64,000 bases of DNA from an uncultured Desulfarculales bacterium. Its GTDB lineage: Bacteria > Desulfobacterota > Desulfarculia > Desulfarculales > JAHJDS01. Within the stretch, counting starts at the first letter, position 1, and the number at the start of each line of letters is the position of its first letter. The translations under genes were made by a program, and so were the position numbers. The stretch is from contig CAZMVB010000008.1 in the NCBI GenBank assembly GCA_964569795.1, positions 12,303 through 76,302 of the forward strand. The letters are read 5' to 3'. Below, piece after piece: positions 52,335-62,263 of this stretch. Under the pieces are notes generated by a model. It ran no database searches and was not told the DNA's origin. It saw only the letters and a program-made list of their open reading frames with translations.

Positions 52335-53363
52335 ATGAGACGAATCCTGGTCCTGATCGCCTTGGCCGGCCTGCTGGCCGGACCGGTCGCGGCCGCCGCC
52401 TCGGGGCGGGCCGGACAACTGGTCCGCCTGGCCTATACGGACCTGACCCGGGGGCAATACGCCGCCGCCCTGGCCCGGCTGAACGCGGCCCTGCGGATCA
52501 AGCCGGATTACCCGGCGGCCTGGGCCTACCGCTGTTTCGCCCGCCTCCAGCTGAATCAGGACCGGGCCGCAGTTAGCGACTGCTCCCGGGCCATCGGTCT
52601 GGCCCCGGGCAAGGGACGTCCCTACATCTGGCGGGGCTTCGCCTGGCAGCGGCTGGGCGAGCCGGAAAAGGCGGCCCGGGATTTCGGCCGGGCCATGGTC
52701 CTTCGGCCCAGGGATTACCGGGCCCCCTTTTACCGGGGCACCGTCTGGTTTTCTCTCGGAAAACTGGCCCGGGCCGAGGCCGATTACACCCGAAGCCTTA
52801 CGATCAAACCCGACTTTATCCCGGCCCTGGTCAGGCGGGGCATGGCCCGGGCCATGCGCAAAAAGTACCTGCCGGCCCTGGACGACTGGGACAAGGCGAT
52901 CAACCTCGCCCCCAAGGACGACCGCATCCTCCATTACCGGGCCTCGCTGTTTTTGGTCCGGGGCAATTACGACCTGGCGATCAAGGACTATGACGTCGCC
53001 CTCAGGCTGCGGCCCAACTGGGCCGAGTACTGGTTCAGCCGGGGCTACGCCTATTTGAAATTGAAGAAATACGCCGCGGCCATCAGCGACTTCTCCCAGG
53101 CCATCCGCTATCAGCCGAAACACAGCCTGGCCTATTTCGATCGGGGCTATGCCTTCAAGGCCTCGGGCAACGTCCGGGCCGCCGAGGCGGACTTCGCCGC
53201 CTTCGGCCGTCTGGAGGGCATCAAGGACCCGGCCCAGGCCCCCATCGAGAAACCGGCCCTGGTCGAGGAACTGGAGCGTTCCCGGGTCAGCCGCTGGCTG
53301 AAACGGGTCGAGTCCTCTCGCTGGTTCCGACGGATCAAGAGCGGCGATTTCCTGCGCAAATAA
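52335..53363 (+). CDS. Secreted TPR-repeat protein
   Basis: Signal peptide; about eight TPR motifs. Confidence 0.85.
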   Translation: MRRILVLIALAGLLAGPVAAAASGRAGQLVRLAYTDLTRGQYAAALARLNAALRIKPDYPAAWAYRCFARLQLNQDRAAVSDCSRAIGLAPGKGRPYIWRGFAWQRLGEPEKAARDFGRAMVLRPRDYRAPFYRGTVWFSLGKLARAEADYTRSLTIKPDFIPALVRRGMARAMRKKYLPALDDWDKAINLAPKDDRILHYRASLFLVRGNYDLAIKDYDVALRLRPNWAEYWFSRGYAYLKLKKYAAAISDFSQAIRYQPKHSLAYFDRGYAFKASGNVRAAEADFAAFGRLEGIKDPAQAPIEKPALVEELERSRVSRWLKRVESSRWFRRIKSGDFLRK

Positions 53364-53438
53364 TATTCTTCCCGGGCTGGCGACCTCGGTTTTTCCTGGT
53401 AGTATTTAAAAAACCGGAAAAACTGGAGGCGTGCGGAC

Positions 53439-54023
53439 GTGTCCATCTTGACCAGGTTGAAGACCCCCTGTTTTTCGGCCGGCGGCCGGCCCGATCTGGA
53501 CCCGGACGAATATATTTTAAAGGTTACCGGACTGGCTTCCCGATCCCGGGAATTCACTTGGAGTGAATTGACAAATTTTACGGTTTCACGGGTAAACGCC
53601 CGGCTGACCTCGGTCTCGGGCTGGTCGGTCCGGGCGGTGTGGGAGGGGGTCCTGTGGCGGGACTTCGCGGCCGAGGTGAAGCCCGAGGCCGATCACGCCA
53701 CGTTCAAGAGCGCCGGCGGGGGATACGAGACCACCATCTCCCTCGAAGACCTGGACCACCCCCGGGTGCTCATCTGCTGGGGCGTGGACGGCGAGCCTCT
53801 CGAGGCGGACTACGGCGGCCCGGTGCGGATGATCGTGCCCCATCTCTACGGGTACAAGTCGGCCAAGTGGCTCAGCGAAATCGAGTTTGTCACGGGGATG
53901 CGGGGCGGCTACTGGGAGGACCGGGGCTACACCCGCGACGGCCTCATCGAGCCTGGTTTTACGCTGGACGTGAACACCGGGCAAAAGAGGCCGATCAAGG
54001 GCGGCGAGGTGACCGAGTTTTAG
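53439..54023 (+). CDS. Sulfite-oxidase-family molybdopterin-binding domain protein (YuiH-like), Cys-to-Ser variant
   Basis: SGWS...WEGV, GGYET, GGPVRMIVP.LYGYKSAKWL, GGYWEDRGY. Confidence 0.85.
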   Translation: MSILTRLKTPCFSAGGRPDLDPDEYILKVTGLASRSREFTWSELTNFTVSRVNARLTSVSGWSVRAVWEGVLWRDFAAEVKPEADHATFKSAGGGYETTISLEDLDHPRVLICWGVDGEPLEADYGGPVRMIVPHLYGYKSAKWLSEIEFVTGMRGGYWEDRGYTRDGLIEPGFTLDVNTGQKRPIKGGEVTEF

Positions 54024-55170
54024 CCCGGGCCGGCGCGAACGGCGGCCGGGAGGCCAGGTAGTCGGCCACCGCCCGACCCAGGGCCCGGGAACCGGCCACG
54101 GTGTAGTGGCAGGCGTCGCTGAAATTGGTCAGATTTTTCTTTATCAGGCGGGCCACGTCGATATATTCGACTCCCTGCTCTCGGCACACCCTGATCAGGG
54201 TCTGGTTGTACCTGGCCATGCCCCGGGCCAGGGCCCCGGTGGTGTAATACTCGGCCCCGGGCTTGGCCTGATACTCGCCCACTCCGCCCAGCCACAGCAG
54301 GCGCACCTCGGCCGGCGGCATCTTGTCCTTCCACATGGTGGGCTGGGTCAGGAAGATGGGGCGGACGTGCCTGGCCCGGCACAGGGCGATGATCTGCTTG
54401 ATGTTCCGGGCGTATTCGGCCAGGGCCGATTTCAGGTCGGGCAATTTGGAGCGAAAGACCTTGGCCTCCCGGCGATGACGCCGCCAGCGGGGGGTCGGGT
54501 CATCGGTCGGCGGCTTGGGGGGCCAGAGTGTGTGCTTGAGCCGGCGCAGGGCCTGATACAGGGCCAGGTTCTTGGGAAATGGCTCCCAGGATCGGGGCCT
54601 GACCTTGAAGGCGTGGCGGACCTGGTGTCTCAGGCCGGCCCGGCTTGATAAAAAATTCGGATTGTACCGGAAATCGCGCATCAGGCGCAGGCTGAGATCG
54701 TTTATCCCGATCAAGAAGATGGCTGCGTTTATACGGGGATACTGAGTCAGCAGGTATTTGACCTGAAGGACGTGGTCCCGGGTGTTCAGCCCGCTCAGGC
54801 CGACGTTGCCCACCCAGATCTTCTGTCCGGTTCGCCGCCGGACAATGGTCTGGACCAGGTAGGGCCAGGTCGCCTCCAGGGCCAGGTCAAAGCACTCGGT
54901 GGTCGAGCCGCCGATGGCCAGGATCCGGTAGGTCTGGTCCGGCCGAAACTCGTCGCCGCGGATGCCGGCCGAGTTGATGAAGAAGTCCACCTGAGGGCTG
55001 GCCCCGGGGTAGATCTTGGGGTCAGGGCGATAGCTGAATTTGTACCCTGGCGGCCAGACGTAGAACCGGTCCCCCCCGGGGACGGCCCAGCGCAGAAGGA
55101 ACTCGGCGGCCACCAGGGACACGACCAGGCTGATGACAATCAAGATCGCCTTGGCGCGCCAGCCTTTCAT
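53995..55170 (-). CDS. SGNH/GDSL hydrolase family protein, membrane anchored
   Basis: AIGGSTT, GIND, DACHYT catalytic blocks. Confidence 0.8.
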   Translation of the reverse strand: MKGWRAKAILIVISLVVSLVAAEFLLRWAVPGGDRFYVWPPGYKFSYRPDPKIYPGASPQVDFFINSAGIRGDEFRPDQTYRILAIGGSTTECFDLALEATWPYLVQTIVRRRTGQKIWVGNVGLSGLNTRDHVLQVKYLLTQYPRINAAIFLIGINDLSLRLMRDFRYNPNFLSSRAGLRHQVRHAFKVRPRSWEPFPKNLALYQALRRLKHTLWPPKPPTDDPTPRWRRHRREAKVFRSKLPDLKSALAEYARNIKQIIALCRARHVRPIFLTQPTMWKDKMPPAEVRLLWLGGVGEYQAKPGAEYYTTGALARGMARYNQTLIRVCREQGVEYIDVARLIKKNLTNFSDACHYTVAGSRALGRAVADYLASRPPFAPARAKTRSPRRP

Positions 55171-55290
55171 GGATCAGTCTCCGTGGTCTGCGGTTCCGGT
55201 CAATATGACGCCAATGTAAGTTTGGTGTCAACAACCGGCCGGCCGGTGCCTGACCGGGACGGCCGGTCGATGGTCACCCTTATTTAAATT

Positions 55291-55917
55291 TTATGGCGCG
55301 GGCGGAGTCAGAAATTTCTTGAGGATCGCCTCGCGGCGACGGTTCTCGGCGGGCAGCTGTTTTCGTAAACGATCGATCAGCTCCGGGGTGAACTTGATCG
55401 CCCGGCCGCTCAGACGCACCGGCTTTTTGGCCGCGATCAGGGCCATGATCCGCCGGTTGGTCTCGACGATCCGCGAGGCCAGCTTGGCCGTCCGGGGGTC
55501 CACCCCCTGGTACAGCTCGATCAGTTTCACCTCCAGGGCGGCCCTGGTTTTGGACCGGCGAGGCTTGCCGGTCTTGATCGAGGCCAGGGCGTCGTCCAGA
55601 AAGGCCACCTGGTACTTCTTGAGCAGCCGGTTGTAGGCCCACAAGAAGCCGATGATCTTGAGCCGTTCGTCCCGATCGACCTTGTTCAGGGCCGCCCAGA
55701 ACCGCTGCCGAGTCGCTTCGTCCAGCCGGGAGGGATTGGTGAACAGCCGTTCCACCACCCGGGAGATGGTCCCCTCGGGCCGGCTGACCTCCGGCCCCGA
55801 TGGTTTCTGGAACCGGGAGGTGTACTTGTAAACGGCAAAGGCCCCGAAGACCACTGCCACGGCCAGCATCATCACCAGCATCGACCGCCGGGTGTTCATC
55901 TTCATTAAATCGGCCAT
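55291..55917 (-). CDS. Hypothetical protein with N-terminal TM anchor
   Basis: Host-like codon usage; hydrophobic N-terminus; basic helical body. Confidence 0.65.
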   Translation of the reverse strand: MADLMKMNTRRSMLVMMLAVAVVFGAFAVYKYTSRFQKPSGPEVSRPEGTISRVVERLFTNPSRLDEATRQRFWAALNKVDRDERLKIIGFLWAYNRLLKKYQVAFLDDALASIKTGKPRRSKTRAALEVKLIELYQGVDPRTAKLASRIVETNRRIMALIAAKKPVRLSGRAIKFTPELIDRLRKQLPAENRRREAILKKFLTPPAP

Positions 55918-56002
55918 TCGTAACTTCTTTGTGGTTCGGGTTTATCTGATAATGGACCCCTCGGCACTGATAGACTTTCTACTCCATGGGCAAACAGCGT
56001 CG

Positions 56003-59000
56003 TCACATACCTCTTCTGTACTGACCCCCCACCTCAAACAACGCCCGGGTGATCTGGCCCAGGCTGCAGACCCGGACCGTGTCCATGAGTTCGGCGAAGA
56101 TGTTCCTGCCGGACAGGGCGGTCTGCTTGAGGCGGTCCAGGGCGGCCGGGGCCTCGGCCTCGTGCCGGTGATGGAACTCGCGCAGCCGGGTCAGTTGGGA
56201 CTGTTTTTCTTCCTCGGTGGCCCGGGCCAGCTCGACAAAGCACTGGGCCTCCTCGTAGTCCTGGTTGGGATTGCGGAAGGTGTTGACCCCGATGATCGGC
56301 AGGTCGCCGGTGTGCTTCAGGATCTCGTAGTAGATGGATTCCTCCTGGATCTTGCCGCGCTGGTAGCCGGTCTCCATGGCCCCCAGGACCCCTCCCCGCT
56401 CGGCCAGGCGCTCGAATTCGGACAGGACCGCCTCCTCGACCAGCCGGGTCAGCTCCTCGACGATGAAGCTGCCCTGGTACGGGTTCTCGTTCTTGGCCAG
56501 GCCCCACTCCCGGTTGATGATCAATTGGATGGCCAGGGCCCGGCGGACCGATTCCTCGGTCGGGGTGGTGATGGCCTCGTCAAAGGCGTTGGTGTGCAGG
56601 CTCTGGCAGTTGTCATAGACCGCGCACAGGGCCTGGAGCGTGGTCCGGATGTCGTTGAACTGGATCTCCTGGCTGTGCAGCGACCGGCCCGATGTCTGGA
56701 TGTGATACTTGAGCATCTGGGACCGCGGTCCCCCGCCGTACAGGTCCCGGAGGGCGATGGCCCAGACGCGCCGGGCCACCCGGCCGATGACCGTGTACTC
56801 GGGGTCCATGCCGTTGCTGAAAAAGAAGGACAGGTTCGGGGCGAAAGAGTCGATGGGCATCCCCCTGGACAAATAGTACTCGACATAGGTGAAGCCGTTG
56901 GCCAGGGTGAAGGCCAGCTGGGTGATGGGGTTGGCCCCGGCCTCGGCGATGTGATAGCCCGAGATGGACACCGAATAGAAATTGCGGACGTTTTCGTCGA
57001 TGAAGTACTGCTGGATGTCGCCCATCATTTTCAGGGCGAACTCGACCGAGAACAGGCAGGTGTTCTGTCCCTGATCCTCCTTGAGGATGTCGGCCTGGAC
57101 CGTGCCCCGGACGTTTTCCAGGGCGTAGCTCTTGATTTTCCGGTACTCGTCCGGCTCGGGGTCGCGGTTCTGCTCGGCCTTGAATTTGGCGACCTGCTGG
57201 TCGATGGCCGCGTTGAAGAAGAAGGCCAGCATCATCGGCGCCGGGCCGTTGATGGTCATGGACACCGAGGTGGACGGGGCGCAGAGGTCGAAGCCGTCAT
57301 AGAGGACCTTGGCGTCCTCGTAGGTGCAGACGCTGACGCCCGAGGTGCCGACCTTGCCGTAGATGTCGGGCTGCTCGTCCGGGTCGGTGCCGTAGAGGGT
57401 CACCGAGTCAAAGGCGGTGGACAGGCGCTTGGCCTCGCTGTACTCGGACAGGAGCTTGAAGCGGCGGTTGGTCCGGGCCGGGTCGCCCTCGCCGGCGAAC
57501 ATCCGGGTCGGGTCCTCGCCGGTCCGCTTGAAGGGAAACACCCCGGCGGTGTATGGGAACTGTCCCGGGACGTTCTCCTCGCGCAGCCAGCGGTAGGTCT
57601 CGCCCGGGTCCTCGAAGTCGGGCAGGACCACCTTGGGGATCTTCTGCCGGGCCAGGGACTCGGTGTACAGCGGGACCTTGATCTCCCGGTCCCGGACCCG
57701 ATAGACGAACTCGTCACCCGAGTAGGCCTCCTTGAGGCGCGGCCAGGAGTTGAGCAGGTCAAAGGTGTCGTTGTCCATGGCCTTGCGGGCCGCCTCGACC
57801 TCGGCCTTCAATTTTTCAACGGCCTCGGGGTAACCCTTTTGACTGAATTCCTCGGCCACGGTGTCCAAATGCCAGACCCGGCGGACCACGGCCGCCTGGT
57901 CCCGGGTGCGGCGGTGGTAGGACCGGACGGAATCGGCGATCTCGGCCAGGTACCGGGTCCGCTCGGGCGGGATGATGATCGTCTTGGACGACGAGATCCG
58001 GCCCGTGCCCCGGGGCAGGCGGGACTCGAAGGCGACCTCGGTCCGCTCGGCCAACAGGTCCAGGATGCCGTGGTAGAGGGCGGTCACGCCGTCGTCGTTG
58101 AACTTGGAGGCAATGGTCCCATAGACCGGCATGTCCTCGACGCTCTTGTCCCAGGCGTCCCGGTTGCGCTGGACCTGCTTGCGTACGTCCCGGACCGCGT
58201 CCTCGCCGCCCTTCTTCTCGAACTTGTTGACCGCGATCAGATCGGCGAAGTCGAGCATGTCGATCTTCTCGAGCTGGGAGGCGGCCCCGAACTCGGGCGT
58301 CATGACGTACAGCGAGGCGTCGGCCAGATCGACCACGCCGGTGTCCCCCTGACCGATGCCGGCCGTCTCGACGATGACCAGGTCAAAACCGGCCGCCTGG
58401 GTGACGGCGATGGCGTCGGCCAGGGCGTCGCTCAGTTCGGTGTGGGACTCGCGGGTGGCCAGGGAGCGCATGAACACCCGGGGATTTCCGAGAGAGTTCA
58501 TCCGGATGCGGTCGCCCAGCAGGGCCCCCCCGGTCTTGCGCCGGCTGGGATCGACGCTGAGCACGGCCACGGTCTTTTCCCGGAAATCGTGGAGGAACCT
58601 CAGGATCAGTTCGTCGGTCAACGACGACTTGCCCGCGCCCCCGGTCCCGGTGATCCCCAGGACCGGGACCCGGCGGGACCCGATCTTCTGCTTCATCGCC
58701 GCCCGCAGCGCCGCCAGGTGGCCGTTCTCGGCGGCCTTGGCCATTTCGACCGCGGTGATGATCCGGGCCACCTCGAGCTTGTTCTCGGGCGCCAGGTGCG
58801 CCAGGTCCAGGTCCTCGCGCTCGGTCACGGCCGGGTAGTCGATGCTCTCCACCAGGTGATTGATGATCCCCTGGAGGCCCAGCCTGGCCCCGTCCTCGGG
58901 GGAATAGATCCGGGCCACGCCATAGGCGTGCAGCTCCTTGATCTCATCGGGCACGATCACCCCGCCGCCGCCGCCGAAGACCTTGACGTGGTCCGCGCCC

Positions 59001-59272
59001 CGCTCCCTCAATAGATCGACCAGGTACTTGAAGAACTCCATGTGGCCGCCCTGGTAGCAGCTCACGGCCACGGCCTGGGCGTACTCGCAGACCGCGGCCT
59101 CGACGATCTCGGCCACCGACCGGTTGTGCCCCAGGTGAATAACTTCAACGCCGGTCCCCTGGAGGATCCGGCGCATGATGTTGATCGCCGCGTCGTGTCC
59201 GTCGAACAAGGACGTGGCGGTGACGACGCGGACGTGGTTGGCGGGCCTGTAGGGCGCTACATTGACGGTCAT
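56003..59272 (-). CDS. icmF: Fused isobutyryl-CoA mutase/GTPase
   Basis: FDGHDA B12-binding, GTGGAGKSS GTPase, PTRMFAGEG mutase (Phe specificity residue), HIQTSGRSL. Confidence 0.96.
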   Translation of the reverse strand: MTVNVAPYRPANHVRVVTATSLFDGHDAAINIMRRILQGTGVEVIHLGHNRSVAEIVEAAVCEYAQAVAVSCYQGGHMEFFKYLVDLLRERGADHVKVFGGGGGVIVPDEIKELHAYGVARIYSPEDGARLGLQGIINHLVESIDYPAVTEREDLDLAHLAPENKLEVARIITAVEMAKAAENGHLAALRAAMKQKIGSRRVPVLGITGTGGAGKSSLTDELILRFLHDFREKTVAVLSVDPSRRKTGGALLGDRIRMNSLGNPRVFMRSLATRESHTELSDALADAIAVTQAAGFDLVIVETAGIGQGDTGVVDLADASLYVMTPEFGAASQLEKIDMLDFADLIAVNKFEKKGGEDAVRDVRKQVQRNRDAWDKSVEDMPVYGTIASKFNDDGVTALYHGILDLLAERTEVAFESRLPRGTGRISSSKTIIIPPERTRYLAEIADSVRSYHRRTRDQAAVVRRVWHLDTVAEEFSQKGYPEAVEKLKAEVEAARKAMDNDTFDLLNSWPRLKEAYSGDEFVYRVRDREIKVPLYTESLARQKIPKVVLPDFEDPGETYRWLREENVPGQFPYTAGVFPFKRTGEDPTRMFAGEGDPARTNRRFKLLSEYSEAKRLSTAFDSVTLYGTDPDEQPDIYGKVGTSGVSVCTYEDAKVLYDGFDLCAPSTSVSMTINGPAPMMLAFFFNAAIDQQVAKFKAEQNRDPEPDEYRKIKSYALENVRGTVQADILKEDQGQNTCLFSVEFALKMMGDIQQYFIDENVRNFYSVSISGYHIAEAGANPITQLAFTLANGFTYVEYYLSRGMPIDSFAPNLSFFFSNGMDPEYTVIGRVARRVWAIALRDLYGGGPRSQMLKYHIQTSGRSLHSQEIQFNDIRTTLQALCAVYDNCQSLHTNAFDEAITTPTEESVRRALAIQLIINREWGLAKNENPYQGSFIVEELTRLVEEAVLSEFERLAERGGVLGAMETGYQRGKIQEESIYYEILKHTGDLPIIGVNTFRNPNQDYEEAQCFVELARATEEEKQSQLTRLREFHHRHEAEAPAALDRLKQTALSGRNIFAELMDTVRVCSLGQITRALFEVGGQYRRGM

Positions 59273-59934
59273 GATCCTCCCCCGTCTTTTTCAGCGGCGA
59301 AAAGGTCGCCCACGATCAAATGGGTCTGCAGCCGGGTGTAATCCTCGATCGAGTATTTACCGCTCAAAAACCACCGCCGGAAGGTCCACATGTGGCCCAG
59401 GACGGTGATGTTGTGGGCCAGAAGCTCGATGGTCGCCTCGTCCAGGGGCGGCAGGTCGCCGTTTCCGGACAGCCGGGTCAGGACGTCCCTGATCAGGCCG
59501 GTGATCTCCACGTCGTTGTCCAGGACGTTTTTTCGCCACTCGGGCGGCAGGCTCTTGGCCTCCTGGTAGATGAGCAGGATGTGGTCGCTCATCCGATGAC
59601 AGACCGCAAAAAACTCGGCGATGACCGCGGCCAGGGCCTGGCGGCCGCCGGCGGCCCGGGCCACCCCCTCGGCGATGGACTTGGCCATCTCGGCGTGAAT
59701 CGCGTCGCAGACCAGATAAAGCACGTCCTCCTTGGAGGCGACGTATTCGTAGAGCGTGCCGGTCGAAAAACCGGCCGCCCGGGCGATCTGGCGGGTGGTC
59801 GTCTTGTGAAAACCCTGCTTGATGAACAGATGGACCGCGGCGTCGATGATCTGGCGGCGACGCCGGGCCACCAGGTCCTGATCCTTGACCTGGGTCGGGA
59901 CCCTGGTGGTGCGTTCAAGCATGGGATCGGCCAT
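59269..59934 (-). CDS. TetR/AcrR family regulator coupled to icmF
   Basis: [25 protein letters not shown] helix-turn-helix; 4-nt overlap with icmF. Confidence 0.9.
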   Translation of the reverse strand: MADPMLERTTRVPTQVKDQDLVARRRRQIIDAAVHLFIKQGFHKTTTRQIARAAGFSTGTLYEYVASKEDVLYLVCDAIHAEMAKSIAEGVARAAGGRQALAAVIAEFFAVCHRMSDHILLIYQEAKSLPPEWRKNVLDNDVEITGLIRDVLTRLSGNGDLPPLDEATIELLAHNITVLGHMWTFRRWFLSGKYSIEDYTRLQTHLIVGDLFAAEKDGGGS

Positions 59935-60084
59935 GGTGCGCCGCCTGTGTTGGTCTGCGTCCGGTATCGACCAAGACGCCCGGAAACGACGCCAGAACAG
60001 GAAGACAATTTTAATACGGTCACCGCGTCGTTGAGTGACCGAATCACCGCCCCGAGCCGCGGTTGTATGTTCCGGCCCGGCTTG

Positions 60085-60139
60085 CTGACTGAGCGCTCGG
60101 TCAGATTATAGTCTAGGCCGAAATCCGGCCCGGTGTCAA
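60085..60139 (-). promoter_or_regulatory. sigma70 promoter with palindromic operator for tetR-icmF
   Basis: TTGACA (60139-60134)-N18-TAGACT; CTGACTGAGCGCTCGGTCAG palindrome at 60085-60104 over the predicted start site. Confidence 0.65.
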
Positions 60140-60331
60140 GGTTTTTTCAGTCCAGCCCGTATAACAATTTTACCCGGCCAGGGGGTGACCGTTCAGTAGT
60201 TTTGGGTAATAATTATCCAGAATTAACCCTGATCGCCCCCTGTTTGACCGGGCATACTCTACCTGTTATGTCTGGTTTCAATACTATTATCGTTGACTTG
60301 CCCGCCCGTGGCCGGACCCGGTCGGTCGGGG

Positions 60332-60347
60332 TGGCACATTGCCTGCA
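60332..60347 (+). promoter_or_regulatory. sigma54 promoter
   Basis: TGGCAC-attgc-CTGCA (GG-N10-GC), AT-rich upstream. Confidence 0.65.
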
Positions 60348-60402
60348 AAAACAATCGGCTGAGGGATCAAACAGCCGCCAAGGCTGAGCACGGAGAACGA
60401 CC

Positions 60403-60786
60403 ATGCCTCGGGTAACGAGCAAAATAATTGGCGCCACGCTGGCCCTGGCCTTGTGTCTGGGCCTGACGGCCGGAGCTGCCTGGGCCCAACCAGGACCCCG
60501 GTCCGGTGGCGACGCACCCGGGGTTCTACCCCGGATAGATCACGGACTGCAACAACGTCTGTGGGCCGACTGTCAGGCCCTGCGGGCCGAACTGGACAGG
60601 GCCCACCCGGACAAGGACCGGGTGCGGCAACTGTCTTCGTCGATCAACCAGTTGTGGGCCAAACTGACCCGGCAGTGGTTTGCCGAGCGGTCGGTCAGGA
60701 CCCAGGCCGGGGGCCAGGGATCACATCCGGGTTTTGCCCCGGGGCCGGGGGTGCGGATGAATCAGCCCCTTGGCGCCAGCCACTGA
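60403..60786 (+). CDS. Periplasmic Spy/ZraP-like small protein (paralogue of 36974-37411)
   Basis: Signal peptide; ALRAELDRAHPDKDRVRQLSSSINQL helix; GPGPG tail. Confidence 0.65.
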   Translation: MPRVTSKIIGATLALALCLGLTAGAAWAQPGPRSGGDAPGVLPRIDHGLQQRLWADCQALRAELDRAHPDKDRVRQLSSSINQLWAKLTRQWFAERSVRTQAGGQGSHPGFAPGPGVRMNQPLGASH

Positions 60787-60884
60787 TCGGGTCGGCCGGG
60801 GCGATGGGCGCGGCCCAGGACAAAGAATTCGACGGGACGCGACGAGGGCTAACGACGCGTTTCACGAATACCTCCCAGTGATCC

Positions 60885-61360
60885 GGGGGGCGCCATTTGG
60901 CGCCCCCCACTTCACGACCAACGCCTGTAACGTACTTTTCTCCTCGTCCGCGCTTACCGCCTCCACTACGTTTCGGCTGCCCCGGGGTGGGCATTGGCTG
61001 TTCTCCGTGCCTTCACGTAGTTCGCTGGACACGTTTGGCCGCTTGTTCTCGCTTCCCGCCATGGGTCAGTGGTTCACCAAACCCTCGTCCGCGCTTCCCG
61101 CCTCCAGGCGCCAGTGGGCGCCTCCTAATTCGCGACCAACGACCGTGCCGGTGGTTGTTCCTCGTCCGCGCCTGCCGGCGCCACTTCGTTGGCGCCTGCC
61201 TCGGGGTGGGCCTTGGCTGTTCTCCGTGCCATGCGGCTGGCTGATGGCCGGGCCTTCATCCTTTGTTAGTGCCGAAAAAATAGGGACTGCCTCCATTTTT
61301 CGTTCTCCGGCCAGACCGCGCCGCCGGGACCATGGAAAAATGGTGGCTGTCCCTATTTTT
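60885..61360. repeat. Mosaic REP-like repeat region
   Basis: Two ~120-nt units (60889-61010, 61107-61230) starting with GGCGCC-N4-GGCGCC, a partial unit at 61083, and a 26-nt inverted pair at 61276-61301/61335-61360. Confidence 0.8.
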
Positions 61361-61381
61361 CCCTCCAGGTCAATCTGACGA

Positions 61382-62188
61382 TCACCCCTGCCCTTCTCCG
61401 CTCATGCTCTCCATGCAGCGGCGATAGGCCTCCCCGAAATCGAGATGGATGTCGTCGATGCTGTCCTGGTCGAACGGGTTCTCCAGCTTCTCCTGGATAT
61501 TGTCCAGGCCGACCAGGATCAGGGTGAACAGGACGGCCGTGCCGTAGCCGACGATCAGGCTGTGATACTGGACGGCCAGATGGGCGAACAGGGGCGCAAA
61601 GAAAATGGGGAACAAGTTCAGGAAGACCTGCCAGTAGCCCCGCAGGGCCAGGGGGGTCCGGTAGTCCCGGATGGTGGTCAATTTCTCGAAGTCGCGGATG
61701 ATGTGGGTCAGGTACTGGTTGGCCAGAGTGATCTCGTTGACCAGCACGCCGGCCTGACGAACCCTCTCGTTGAGCCGGGACACCTGGCTGAACCCGTCGT
61801 AGATGTCGCGTAAAATTTTCCGCCGTTCCTCACCCTTGGCCGGAGGCCGGGCCAGGTGATCGGTGACCCTGGTCATGGTCAGGCTCAGGGTCTGGCCGGC
61901 CGCCCGCAATTCCTCCCGGCCGAAGTCGGACGGTGGCACCCAGTCCCGGTAACCGAAAAACAGGGACATGGCAGCACCCTTGAGGTCGGCCAGCCAGCCC
62001 AGGGCCTGTTCCCGGCGGCGGAAGGCGGCGTTGATGGCAAAGACGATGGGGAAGATGACCGCGATGCCCATGATGGATATGGGGATATTGGCCTTGAAGT
62101 CGAATCTGAGGCAGAGCCAGGTGGCGATCACGGCCACCGCGCCGATGACAAAGGTCTGCGGGGTAATGAACTCGATGAACCTTTTCAT
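61382..62188 (-). CDS. Bestrophin-like membrane protein
   Basis: FAINAAFRRR and LENPFDQDSIDD motifs; four TM segments. Confidence 0.7.
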   Translation of the reverse strand: MKRFIEFITPQTFVIGAVAVIATWLCLRFDFKANIPISIMGIAVIFPIVFAINAAFRRREQALGWLADLKGAAMSLFFGYRDWVPPSDFGREELRAAGQTLSLTMTRVTDHLARPPAKGEERRKILRDIYDGFSQVSRLNERVRQAGVLVNEITLANQYLTHIIRDFEKLTTIRDYRTPLALRGYWQVFLNLFPIFFAPLFAHLAVQYHSLIVGYGTAVLFTLILVGLDNIQEKLENPFDQDSIDDIHLDFGEAYRRCMESMSGEGQG

Positions 62189-62263
62189 GTTGCGCCCCCG
62201 AGTGATCGAACAACGGCAACTTGAAGGTGACGGGGCCCTGCCCCGCCTAACCACAAACCGCGA

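Noticed and set aside
55892-59014. 1040-aa plus-strand ORF and similar long antisense ORFs (e.g. 3846-5351, 1529-3160, 49370-51106)
   Set aside because: Shadow frames of well-supported genes in high-GC DNA; no recognisable motifs.
59935-60130. Cobalamin riboswitch upstream of icmF
   Set aside because: No B12-box or conserved AdoCbl aptamer motifs seen on the minus strand.
60770-61378. ORFs across the repeat region (60770-61378, 60862-61062, 61066-61296)
   Set aside because: Translations of repeat units with no RBS or motifs.
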